Source: an archaeon (GTDB taxonomy: Archaea; Iainarchaeota; Iainarchaeia; Iainarchaeales; CSSED10-239). From it: DNA of 32,000 nucleotides. Numbering within the stretch: the stretch's first letter is position 1; each line of letters opens with the position of its first letter. This document shows, in pieces, positions 16,505-25,415 of the stretch. The notes beneath the pieces were generated by a model. It ran no database searches, had not been told where the DNA came from, and saw only the letters and a list, made by a program, of their open reading frames with translations. The stretch is taken from assembly GCA_035390665.1 (NCBI GenBank), contig DAOOUC010000003.1, forward strand, positions 1-32,000, written 5' to 3'. The position numbers and the translations under genes were made by a program.

Positions 16505-17590
16505 TCATTTATAGGTAGTAGAATATTTCTCTTTGTCATCAATTATATCGTTATTTTTCCAATCCTCGACCCAGTCAGAGACATTATATGACTTATAACT
16601 CCCATCTGGCATAGAACAAACAACTCTAGCAATTCCTGCATTAATAATCATCTTTTTACAAATAAAACAAGGTAAAGAATTTGTAGGGGCTACTATTCCT
16701 TGATAGGTTCTTTTTCCAACAATATACATTGTACCTCCAACAATTGAAACTCCATCTCTTGCTGCATTAATTATTGCATTCTGCTCAGCATGAACACTTG
16801 TACAAAGTTCAAATCTATGACCTGAAGGAATATTTAATTTTCTTCTAAGACAATAACCTTTTTCGAAACAATCCTTTGTTCCTCTTGGTGCTCCTACATA
16901 TCCTGTAGATTTTATTACATTGTCTTTAACAATGATTGCTCCAAAATTAACACATAAACAACTTTCTCTTTTTGATATTTCGTCTGTTATTTTTATAAAA
17001 TATTCATCCCAAGATGGTTTACTTCTATTCTTTATTTGTATTTTTAAAAGTAATTCTTCTATTTGGGGGTTAAGTGCATCAAGTGGACCATCATTATTTA
17101 TTCTAAACTCTGCAAGTTTTTTACAAGCCTCTAAATTTTGTGAGTTTGGATCTGTGCTAGTTAATTCTTTTTTCTCAGAAGCCATAAATTCTTCATAACT
17201 TGAGATTTGTTCTTTTTCTCTTAATCTTTCTTTTGCGCGTTTGTATCTTATTTTTGAATCAGCTTCAACTGAGACAAGATTAAAGTTTGGTAATTTCTTT
17301 AGTTCTTCTATTTCTCCTTGTGTCCTAATAGATTCAACAACAAAGTTTTTTTCAAGACCTTTAATTGTTATTCTATCTACTAGTCTTTTTGCTAAGATGT
17401 TTGGACCAAATTTCTGTCTTAATTCATTACCCACTCTTTGAAGATTTTCTCTTGTAAGTTCAATATTGTTTTTTCTACATTCTTCTCTTATTTCATCTGA
17501 GCAAGAATAAACAATAAATCCTTTTGCTTTTAATATTTCAGATACTGCTCCTTTTCCGCTTGCCAAAAATCCAGTTATACCAATTATCAT
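16505..17590 (-). CDS. P-loop (d)NMP/dephospho-CoA kinase-like domain fused to dCMP/cytidine deaminase-type zinc deaminase
   Basis: N-terminal IIGITGFLASGKGAVSEIL P-loop; C-terminal CTSVHAEQNAIINAARDG and PCFICKKMIINAGIARVV zinc-binding deaminase motifs. Confidence 0.88.
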   Translation of the reverse strand: MIIGITGFLASGKGAVSEILKAKGFIVYSCSDEIREECRKNNIELTRENLQRVGNELRQKFGPNILAKRLVDRITIKGLEKNFVVESIRTQGEIEELKKLPNFNLVSVEADSKIRYKRAKERLREKEQISSYEEFMASEKKELTSTDPNSQNLEACKKLAEFRINNDGPLDALNPQIEELLLKIQIKNRSKPSWDEYFIKITDEISKRESCLCVNFGAIIVKDNVIKSTGYVGAPRGTKDCFEKGYCLRRKLNIPSGHRFELCTSVHAEQNAIINAARDGVSIVGGTMYIVGKRTYQGIVAPTNSLPCFICKKMIINAGIARVVCSMPDGSYKSYNVSDWVEDWKNNDIIDDKEKYSTTYK

Positions 17591-17603
17591 TTTTTCACCT
17601 AAT

Positions 17604-18086
17604 TTATTTTCTTAAATATGTTATAAAAGAATAGCCTTCTTTTTTTTCTTCATTAACTATTGTCCAGGTATTAGTGTTAATTTCTGGAAAGAAGGTATCT
17701 CCGTCATATTCTTTATCCAGTTGTGTTATTTCTAATTTATTTGCAAGCTCTTGTTCCATTGCTTGTCTATAAATACTAGCTCCTCCAATTATATAAACAA
17801 TATCATCGAGAGTGTGAGCATAATCAATTGCTTCTTTTAATGAATTTTTTATTGTTATATCTTCTTCTTCCCAAGAATCATCTTTAAAACAAACAACAAT
17901 ATTTGTTCTTTCTGGTAATGGCTTTATTGGAAGAGAAAAATATGTATTTTTTCCCATAATTACGGGATGCCCTTTTGTTAATCTTTTAAATCTTTTAAAA
18001 TCCTCAGAAATATGCCAAGGAATTTTATTATCTTTACCAATAGCATGATTCTTTGCAATAGCTACAATAATTATTGTTTCTTTCAT
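17604..18086 (-). CDS. folA: Dihydrofolate reductase
   Basis: IVAIAKNHAIGKDNKIPWHISEDFKRFKRLTKGHPVIMGKNTYFSLP...IYIIGGASIYRQAM. Confidence 0.95.
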   Translation of the reverse strand: MKETIIIVAIAKNHAIGKDNKIPWHISEDFKRFKRLTKGHPVIMGKNTYFSLPIKPLPERTNIVVCFKDDSWEEEDITIKNSLKEAIDYAHTLDDIVYIIGGASIYRQAMEQELANKLEITQLDKEYDGDTFFPEINTNTWTIVNEEKKEGYSFITYLRK

Positions 18087-18953
18087 TTATACCGCGATTT
18101 CGAATTTTATTGTTGGTTGTGCTTTATAGTCTATTACTTTTGTATCTGTGTATTTCCAATCAAAGATAGAAGTAAAGTTTTCTGTTTCTAATTTTGGAAG
18201 AGCTGTCGGAGTTCTTGATAATTGTTCTTTTAAGCCATCTATGTGATTAACATAAATGTGTGTGTCTCCTAAAAAACCAATTAATTTCCCTTCTTTTAAA
18301 TTTGCTTCTTTTGCTAGAAGATGAAGAAGTAAACCATAACTTGCAATATTAAATGGTAGCCCTAGAGCAGAATCAACAGATCTTTGATTCCATAATAGAT
18401 TTAATTTATCATTAATAACTGTAACTTGAAAACCATAATGACAAGGGGGTAAAGCCATGTGTTTGATGTCAAGTGGATTCCATGCAGAAACTATCATCCT
18501 TCTGTCTGTTGGGTTTGTTTTAAGAGTATCAACTAATTTTTTTAATTGATCAACACCATCGCCAGTTGGTGTTTTATCATGTGCTTGATAAGTTTTTCCA
18601 AAATTTCTCCATTGATAACCATAGATTGGACCAAGTTCTCTTTCTTCAAGCATTTTCTTTTTTGTGTTTTCGTCATTTCCATAAGGAATAACATCTGGAG
18701 AACACCATTCATCCCATATGTGATTATCTTTTTCTCTTAACCAATTTTTATCTGTAATACCTTTTATGAAAAATTCTAATTCTGAAGCAACTAATCTAAA
18801 TGGAACTTTCTTAGTTGTTAGAAGTGGAAACCCTTCTAACATATCATGTTCAAACATACAACCTGCAACAGCAATTGTATCAATTCCTGTTCTATTATGT
18901 TTTAGTTCTCCTTTGTCTATAATTAATTTTATAATATCTAGATATGCTTTCAT
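18087..18953 (-). CDS. thyA: Thymidylate synthase (ThyA type)
   Basis: NRTGIDTIAVAGC, FPLLTTKKVPFR, MALPPCHYGFQVTV, LLWNQRSVDSALGLPFNIASY, GDTHIYVNHIDGLKEQL. Confidence 0.97.
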   Translation of the reverse strand: MKAYLDIIKLIIDKGELKHNRTGIDTIAVAGCMFEHDMLEGFPLLTTKKVPFRLVASELEFFIKGITDKNWLREKDNHIWDEWCSPDVIPYGNDENTKKKMLEERELGPIYGYQWRNFGKTYQAHDKTPTGDGVDQLKKLVDTLKTNPTDRRMIVSAWNPLDIKHMALPPCHYGFQVTVINDKLNLLWNQRSVDSALGLPFNIASYGLLLHLLAKEANLKEGKLIGFLGDTHIYVNHIDGLKEQLSRTPTALPKLETENFTSIFDWKYTDTKVIDYKAQPTIKFEIAV

Positions 18954-18954
18954 T

Positions 18955-19410
18955 TCACTTCACATTTCTCCTTGTATTTACTCTAATTGCTTTTCTTTTC
19001 TTATCTTTTTTTTCCTTTATTGCTTTTTGAAAATTAGGTTCTGTTCTATATATTTCATTAATTAAATCTTCATATGCTTTTCTAATAGTTTCTATCTTTT
19101 CTGTTTGTTCTTGAATTCTTCTTTTCAATAATATTTTATCTGCAGTTTGTATTCCTGCTTTTTCAATTTTAGTCAATAAAGAATTAAATGCTGCCGTTAA
19201 CATTTTCATTTCTTTTATTCTTAATAGATGTTCGTTTGGATTTTCACAAACATAAACTTCTCTTAATTTTTTTAATATCATTTCTGAAATTGAATCAATT
19301 TTATGTTCTTGTTCTTTAATATATTGATAATATTTTTTAGATTTATTAGATTGTGTATTTGATAAATCCAATCTTTTCTTTGCTTCTTCAAAATCAATTA
19401 TTTTTGCCAT
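18955..19410 (-). CDS. Hypothetical helical/coiled-coil protein within the thymidylate gene run
   Basis: 151-codon ORF between thyA and glyA, charged and helical. Confidence 0.6.
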   Translation of the reverse strand: MAKIIDFEEAKKRLDLSNTQSNKSKKYYQYIKEQEHKIDSISEMILKKLREVYVCENPNEHLLRIKEMKMLTAAFNSLLTKIEKAGIQTADKILLKRRIQEQTEKIETIRKAYEDLINEIYRTEPNFQKAIKEKKDKKRKAIRVNTRRNVK

Positions 19411-19418
19411 AATACCAC

Positions 19419-20636
19419 TTATATTTTATCTATTGGATAGTCTTTCAGCATTTCTATTATCTTTAGCTTTATACTTTGCTTTAATTCTTGGTTATCTGGT
19501 TCAGAGATTACTTGATTAATATAATCTGCAATTACTCTAATTTGTTCTTCTTTAAACCCTCTTGTTGTTATTGCAGGAGTTCCAATCCTTATACCTGAAG
19601 TTATAAATGGTTTTTGAGGGTCTTTTGGTATTCCATTTTTGTTAACAGAAATATTTATTTCTTCTAAGATTTCTTGTGCTTTTTTGCCTGTAATGTTTTT
19701 GTTTCTTAAGTCTACAAGTATAAGATGGTTATCAGTTCCATCAGTTACAAGTTTAAAACCATAATTTTGAAGTTCTTGTGCTAAAGTTTTAGAGTTTTTT
19801 AGAACTTGTTCTTGATAAGTTTTAAACTCTGGTTTTAAGGCTTCTTCAAAACAAATTGCTTTTCCTGCAATTATGTGTTCTAATGGCCCTCCTTGAAAAC
19901 CAGGAAAATTATTTTTGTTTATTTTTTCTCCAATTTCGTCATTATCTGTTAAGATTAGTCCACCTCTTGGGCCTCTTAAAGTTTTATGAGTGGTTGAAGT
20001 AACAATATCTGCATAAGGTAAAGGCGATTGGTGAAGGTTGGTTGCGACCAAACCAGCAATATGTGCCATGTCTGCCATTAGATATGCATCAACAGAATCT
20101 GCAATTTCTCTAAATCTTTTAAAATCAATCTTACGAGGATAAGCAGAAGCACCACAAACAATCATTTTTGGTTTTATTTCTTTTGAAAGCTTTTGGATTT
20201 CATCATAATCAAGATAACCATTTTCATCTGTTCCATAACTATAACTTTCAAGAAGTCTACCTGAAAAATTAAGTTTAAAACCATGTGTCAAGTGTCCTCC
20301 ACTATCAAGAGACATGCCAAGTATTTTATCTCCTTTTTCAAGTAAAGAAAAATAAGCTATTAAGTTTGCAGAAGAACCAGAGTGTGGTTGAACATTTACA
20401 TATTTACATTTGAAAAGTTCTTTTGCTTTTTCTCGTGCATAATCTTCAATCTCATCAACAACCTCACACCCAGAGTAATATCTTTTTCCAGGATATCCTT
20501 CAGCATATTTGTTTGTAAGAACAGAACCACAAGCTTCTCTAATCTCTTTAGAACAAATATTTTCAGAAGCAATCATTTCTACAGTTTCTTGTTGTCTAAT
20601 CTTTTCTTTCTCTATTAGTTCTTTTATTTTTGACAT
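19419..20636 (-). CDS. glyA: Serine hydroxymethyltransferase
   Basis: [86 protein letters not shown]. Confidence 0.97.
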   Translation of the reverse strand: MSKIKELIEKEKIRQQETVEMIASENICSKEIREACGSVLTNKYAEGYPGKRYYSGCEVVDEIEDYAREKAKELFKCKYVNVQPHSGSSANLIAYFSLLEKGDKILGMSLDSGGHLTHGFKLNFSGRLLESYSYGTDENGYLDYDEIQKLSKEIKPKMIVCGASAYPRKIDFKRFREIADSVDAYLMADMAHIAGLVATNLHQSPLPYADIVTSTTHKTLRGPRGGLILTDNDEIGEKINKNNFPGFQGGPLEHIIAGKAICFEEALKPEFKTYQEQVLKNSKTLAQELQNYGFKLVTDGTDNHLILVDLRNKNITGKKAQEILEEINISVNKNGIPKDPQKPFITSGIRIGTPAITTRGFKEEQIRVIADYINQVISEPDNQELKQSIKLKIIEMLKDYPIDKI

Positions 20637-20644
20637 AATAAATC

Positions 20645-21604
20645 CTATTTAATTATTTCATCTAATATTTTTGACATCTTTGTTTTGATTTTTTCTTTTG
20701 AATCATAGATATTAAATCTATAGATTTCTGGAAGATATTTTGAAGTATGCATTTTACATCCTTCTGTGTAAAGTTTATCAAGCCATTTACCTGCATATCT
20801 TTTATTAACAAGTAATTGATAGTCTGAATTTAATTCGTGATCATCAAGTATTCTTCCTTCACTTCTTTTGTTCTTTAATTCTAAATATTTTTCTTTCTTC
20901 CAAGATTTTGGACCACACACAACAAAGATATGTGTTGGTGGAAACCTAAAAGCAACTTTGTGACCTGGAAGAGAAAGATATTTTTTTAGTTTTATACCTT
21001 TCTGGTTATTTTCTTTATCATAAACTTGATAACAAGCAGATTCTTCGCTTCTGCTTCTAATAATTATTCTTTTATTATCTCTTAATATCTTTCTTATTCT
21101 ATAAAATTCATCAATTCTATATGCTTGATGTACAAGAGCTGCAGAATATCCATCAATTGTTTCTTCAAAATCATAAGAACTTCTGTTCTGTTCAATCACT
21201 CTATTTACTTGGCCAGCGCCTCTTTTTGTTGGTTCTTCCAAAACCCAAACATCTGCAGAATCTGGATTAATATAAGTAGTTATTTTATTTTTCTTAAAAG
21301 AGCCAACTAAAAGGTCTGAATTTTTATTATATCCGGAAAGTAAAGAATAAATTTCTAATAATAATTTATCTTTTTTTTCTTGTGAAAAAGAATCTGAATT
21401 CAAAAAATCTCTTAAAGACATAAAATCTTTATTGTATTCTTTAAAAATCTCAGCATGAAACAAAAGATCCATTTCTGTTCCTCTAATGTCTCTAATTGTT
21501 TTTCCTTTTTCCTTAAAATAATTTATAAAATCATTAATCTGTGTGCTTGTTCCAGACATATCTGGTCCACAAATTACTATATCAAAGAATTCGGTTGTTG
21601 TCAT
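20645..21604 (-). CDS. Thymidylate-kinase-like P-loop protein with altered Walker A
   Basis: [21 protein letters not shown] aligns with the EGxDGSGKSTQ Tmk P-loop. Later segments resemble the kinase lid region. The Walker A Lys position is Thr (ACA codon at 21548-21550). Confidence 0.65.
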   Translation of the reverse strand: MTTTEFFDIVICGPDMSGTSTQINDFINYFKEKGKTIRDIRGTEMDLLFHAEIFKEYNKDFMSLRDFLNSDSFSQEKKDKLLLEIYSLLSGYNKNSDLLVGSFKKNKITTYINPDSADVWVLEEPTKRGAGQVNRVIEQNRSSYDFEETIDGYSAALVHQAYRIDEFYRIRKILRDNKRIIIRSRSEESACYQVYDKENNQKGIKLKKYLSLPGHKVAFRFPPTHIFVVCGPKSWKKEKYLELKNKRSEGRILDDHELNSDYQLLVNKRYAGKWLDKLYTEGCKMHTSKYLPEIYRFNIYDSKEKIKTKMSKILDEIIK

Positions 21605-21679
21605 TTTTATCCCAAATATAATAACTAGTAAAGTGTTTATAAATTGTTTCTACAAATATTTATGTATATATAAAAAATT

Positions 21680-22501
21680 ATGATTTATATGAATATTTTA
21701 CTTATTTGTTCAAAAAACGATCTTGCATCTGTTAATTTTTTTGAAACTCTAACCACAGAAAGCTTTGAATTTACTACATTTTCAAAAAATCTTTGGTTTT
21801 TAAACAAAGAAAATAAAATTTATCTAACATTAACAGAAAAAATGCATCTCTATCTTGAAGAAAAAGACATTTTAGATATTGAAAAAGAAGCCGATGTAAA
21901 ATTTGAACAAATAATTTTTCTTTCAAAACATTCAACTCTTTCAGAAATAAAGCCAAGAACAATCTCTGTTCATTCAATTGGAAATTGGGGAAAAGCAGAG
22001 CTTGGTGGAATTGATGAGACTGTTGTAAAAACAGATCCAATATTAATTCGTTATTTGCTTTTGGATTTCTATAATAATAAACCAAAAACTTTGCCATTTG
22101 AAATAAAACAAGAAGCAACACATCATGGACCTTTCCTTTCTAAATCAACAATATTTGTGGAAATTGGCTCAAATGAAAATGCATGGAAAGATAAGGAGGC
22201 TTCTATTTTTGTTTGTAAGGAATTAATAAAAATTATTTCGGATTATAATAAAATAAAAATTAAACAAGAAACTGATTGGAAAGAAGCAGTTGGCTTTGGT
22301 GGCTCTCATTATTGTACAAAATTTAATAGATTAACTTTTGACCGAAACAATAAGTTTTGCTTTGGACATGTTATCCCTGATTATGCCATTACACAAATTA
22401 CAGATAAACAAAAACTTAATCAAATATTAGAACAAGCAAAAGAAGAAAGTAATTCTTCTATGGTTTTAGATGAAAATTTAAAAGACATTATTTCTTTTTA
22501 A
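21680..22501 (+). CDS. dtdA: D-aminoacyl-tRNA deacylase, archaeal type (DtdA/GEK1)
   Basis: SVHSIGNWGKAELGG, EATHHGPFLSKSTIFVEIGSNENAWKD, VGFGGSHYCTKFNRL, FCFGHVIPDYA. The true start may be Met-4 (21689). Confidence 0.88.
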   Translation: MIYMNILLICSKNDLASVNFFETLTTESFEFTTFSKNLWFLNKENKIYLTLTEKMHLYLEEKDILDIEKEADVKFEQIIFLSKHSTLSEIKPRTISVHSIGNWGKAELGGIDETVVKTDPILIRYLLLDFYNNKPKTLPFEIKQEATHHGPFLSKSTIFVEIGSNENAWKDKEASIFVCKELIKIISDYNKIKIKQETDWKEAVGFGGSHYCTKFNRLTFDRNNKFCFGHVIPDYAITQITDKQKLNQILEQAKEESNSSMVLDENLKDIISF

Positions 22502-23612
22502 TTTCTTTCTTAATTCTCTCTCTAATTTTCTCATCTAAAGCAAATATTGTTTGAATGTTTGGATTTTTAGAATAGAATGTTTTATCCTCTAATATTTTTG
22601 AAAATATTTTAACAAATGAGTCTTTAGGTAAATTATTTTTATAAAGCTCTTCAGCACAAACATCATAAACCATTTGGAAAAGAATTGGATAACTGCCACC
22701 TTTTTTTATTGATAAATAAGCTAATTTAAGAGTTGCTATTTCTTCAAAATTTATCTTTTTAATATTTATATTGATATTATCTTCTAATTTGTTATTTTCT
22801 TTTATTTGAGAATTGTCAAGATAATATAAATTATATATTGATTCTTTATTATTATCTGTATAATTAAAAACAGTACATCCGTTCTTTAGTTGTAATATCA
22901 AGTTTATTTTTTCTGTATTTGACTTATAGAAATCAAAATTATCTAATTCTAAATTATATAAGTTAGACATTACAATTAAATGTCTAGACAACCACATTTT
23001 ATTTTTAAAATAAAATATTTTTTTAAATTCAGATAATGTTTTAGAGGGATTTGTATAATTTGTTAAATTTTCTTTATCTTCCTTTGTATCATAATCTATA
23101 AGTATTATTTTATCAATTTCATTTAATTTTTTAGTATTTGAAAATAATGACATAGATTGAAATTGAGGGGTAATATAATTTAATTCAATTCCTTTGTTTT
23201 TTGCTTCATTAATGATTATCTTTCCAGAATATAAAATTGGTTCAAGATTAAGTAATCCAATGTCTTTATATTCTCCGATAGATGCTAATATTAATTTCAC
23301 AGAATCAATTCCAGTAAAATCAGAAATTATCAAATCACAGTCTGTAATTTTTAGGAAAGAAGTATATTGAGAATAATCGTGATAACATTTAATATTAAAT
23401 TCTAATTCTAATTTTTCTGCCAAATCTTTATTAGGAAAGAAAATAACAGATGGTTGTAATTCTTGAATTTGCTTTTTAAATAAATCAAATTGTTTTTCAT
23501 CATTACAAAGTAGTGCTGAAATCTTATATTTTTGATTATGTCTTTTAAAAAAATCAATAATCTCTTGAGATTTTTTTCTTTGACTTCCTAAAATTAGCAT
23601 TTTTTTTATCAT
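22488..23612 (-). CDS. Divergent 1-deoxy-D-xylulose-5-phosphate reductoisomerase (DXR)-like protein, probably not a conventional DXR
   Basis: Rossmann-like start KKMLILGSQRKKSQEIIDFFKRHNQKYKISALLCNDEKQFDLFKKQIQELQPSVIFF follows the DXR N-terminal pattern. C-terminal IATLKLAYLSIKKGGSYPILFQMVYDVCAEELYKNNL...SFVKIFSKILEDK follows the DXR GG.xPxxLNAANEVAVxAFL...I..I...L pattern. Confidence 0.55.
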   Translation of the reverse strand: MIKKMLILGSQRKKSQEIIDFFKRHNQKYKISALLCNDEKQFDLFKKQIQELQPSVIFFPNKDLAEKLELEFNIKCYHDYSQYTSFLKITDCDLIISDFTGIDSVKLILASIGEYKDIGLLNLEPILYSGKIIINEAKNKGIELNYITPQFQSMSLFSNTKKLNEIDKIILIDYDTKEDKENLTNYTNPSKTLSEFKKIFYFKNKMWLSRHLIVMSNLYNLELDNFDFYKSNTEKINLILQLKNGCTVFNYTDNNKESIYNLYYLDNSQIKENNKLEDNININIKKINFEEIATLKLAYLSIKKGGSYPILFQMVYDVCAEELYKNNLPKDSFVKIFSKILEDKTFYSKNPNIQTIFALDEKIRERIKKEIKKK

Positions 23613-23691
23613 CTTTTTCTTTCTTAGTTATAAAAAATAAAAGAAAAAAAGAGAAATAATATCTCTTAATTTCTTACTTTATCAAAAAGAT

Positions 23692-23736
23692 TTATTTTTT
23701 TGCTGGTTTTTTTGCTGCCTTTTTCTTTGCTGCCAT
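23692..23736 (-). CDS. Micro-ORF, MAAKKKAAKKPAKK (14 aa)
   Basis: ATG at 23736 is preceded by a strong purine-rich RBS (GGGGGGAAGGAAC), with TATA-like TTTATATAT about 60 nt upstream (23797-23805). Confidence 0.5.
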   Translation of the reverse strand: MAAKKKAAKKPAKK

Positions 23737-23830
23737 GTTCCTTCCCCCCTATTTTTAATATGAATATTAAAAATTATCTATATATATGTATGAAAGATAT
23801 ATAAAGCTTATTATTTTATATTGTCCAATA

Positions 23831-23877
23831 TTTCTCACAGGTTTTTTTGTGTGCGTTTATTAGTCCTGTCTGAGAAA
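23831..23877. repeat. Imperfect inverted repeat tttctcacagg ... cctgtctgagaaa
   Basis: Arms 23831-23841 and 23865-23877 pair with a 2-nt bulge. Confidence 0.5.
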
Positions 23878-23982
23878 ATAGGTGTTTATTATTTCTATAG
23901 GCAAAAAAAAATAATTTGTCCAATTGTGTGTGTGTTGTCCAAGAAATTGTGAGATAAACAAAAAGATAAAAATATAAAAAAA

Positions 23983-25392
23983 TTAATCAAGAGGAATAAC
24001 GCATCTAAACCCAATCGAATCTGATTTATAACTTGGCGCCCATCTTAAATTCATTGCAAAAACACCTGATGCATTTTCATCAAAATGTGTTCCACCCCTT
24101 ACTATTGCGTGAACATTTGAATTATATGCAAGTCCTGAATTTGCTTGTCCTGGAGCAATATAAATTTTTCCAACACCTTGTTCTGAATCATAATCATTAA
24201 ATGGTTTTATTTGACTATATGTTAAAGAACCCGATCTTGCCAAATTTGTAAATTCATACCAATCTCTTTCAAATAAATCTTCAAATCCTGGAGATCCATG
24301 CTGTACACCGCCACTATCATTTCCTTTATTATTTAAATCAGGATAATCCTCGCAGGTTCCATCACAACTTTCTATAATTGTTAAATCTACCCATTCTGCT
24401 AAATTTCCAGAGAAATCCCATATTTCTTCGCCATTAGATAAAACTAACTTAGCAAGTTCATTTCTATTATCTCCATAATCAATTAAACCCTTTAAATAGG
24501 ATGCAGAACTATCTATTCCTACATTTCCTTTTTTTAATGACCCTATTCCTGTTATTCCGCTATCCCAATTAGTTGAAACTTGTTCAATATTTCTTGCAAT
24601 TGTCATCCATTCATCATTTGTTATTAAATGTGCACCAGAATTCTCACAAATTTTTTTTACTGCACATAAATTTAAAATGGTTTCTGGAGGATCAGAAATT
24701 TTGTTTTCTAAAACCGCCATTGAACCATTAATTTCATTTCCTTCTTCACACATTCCATCAGAAATATATCCATCATTTATTCTAGCTTCATATTTTTGAA
24801 CACAAAATTCAGAAGTATTATAATTTGGATTCCCTGGAACTGTAATATATCCATCTGGACAGCTTGTTGTTACTATTTCAGGATTATAACTTTCACAATA
24901 TCTAAAATCAAAATCTTGTGAATTAACTTTTAATTCTATATATTTATTCTCAATGGTATATAAATTTAAAATAAAAGAACTTGATGGAAAACAAGCAATT
25001 GGAATTATAGTCAAATCTCCGCTATTTATTTCAATTTGTGGATTTAATGCAATTCTTTTTGTAAGATATTTAGCATCCTGCAATTGATTATCAACTATAG
25101 TATATCCTTTAATAACTAAATCTTTTGTACTTGTATTTTGAATTAAAACAGATCTATTTATTGCTTTTTTTACAAATATAAATCCTGTTATATCATCTTT
25201 TTCTGCTATTATATCTTTAGATGAAGACAATGTTGTATTTGTAAAATTTGTTCCCCAATTTATTATTATAGTAACTATAACTACACAAATTACTACAAGT
25301 AAAATAATTGCAATAATAGGAGATATTGCTTTTTCTTTTGTTCTCATATCTTTCTTTCTTTTTTTATTTAATTTATTTTTTTTTAAATTCAT
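23983..25392 (-). CDS. Archaeal pilin-like N-terminus fused to FGE-sulfatase/SUMF1-like (C-type-lectin-fold) C-terminus
   Basis: KEKAISPIIAIILLVVICVVIVTIII (class III signal/pilin-type hydrophobic start); C-terminal NEWMTIARNIEQ..., WDFSGNLAEWVDL, VRGGTHFDENASGVFAMNLRWAPSYKSDSIGFRCV. Confidence 0.75.
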   Translation of the reverse strand: MNLKKNKLNKKRKKDMRTKEKAISPIIAIILLVVICVVIVTIIINWGTNFTNTTLSSSKDIIAEKDDITGFIFVKKAINRSVLIQNTSTKDLVIKGYTIVDNQLQDAKYLTKRIALNPQIEINSGDLTIIPIACFPSSSFILNLYTIENKYIELKVNSQDFDFRYCESYNPEIVTTSCPDGYITVPGNPNYNTSEFCVQKYEARINDGYISDGMCEEGNEINGSMAVLENKISDPPETILNLCAVKKICENSGAHLITNDEWMTIARNIEQVSTNWDSGITGIGSLKKGNVGIDSSASYLKGLIDYGDNRNELAKLVLSNGEEIWDFSGNLAEWVDLTIIESCDGTCEDYPDLNNKGNDSGGVQHGSPGFEDLFERDWYEFTNLARSGSLTYSQIKPFNDYDSEQGVGKIYIAPGQANSGLAYNSNVHAIVRGGTHFDENASGVFAMNLRWAPSYKSDSIGFRCVIPLD

Positions 25393-25415
25393 TTAAATTA
25401 CCTTAAAATAAAAAA

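Noticed and set aside
16920-21310. Plus-strand ORFs within the thymidylate run (16920-17198, 17241-17441, 18546-18740, 18766-19065, 20382-20618, 21125-21310)
   Set aside because: Antisense shadows of conserved genes with Phe/Leu/Ile-rich composition expected from complements of Lys/Glu-rich coding DNA.
21774-22121. Minus-strand ORF 21774-22121
   Set aside because: Antisense to dtdA; low-complexity Leu/Phe-rich translation.
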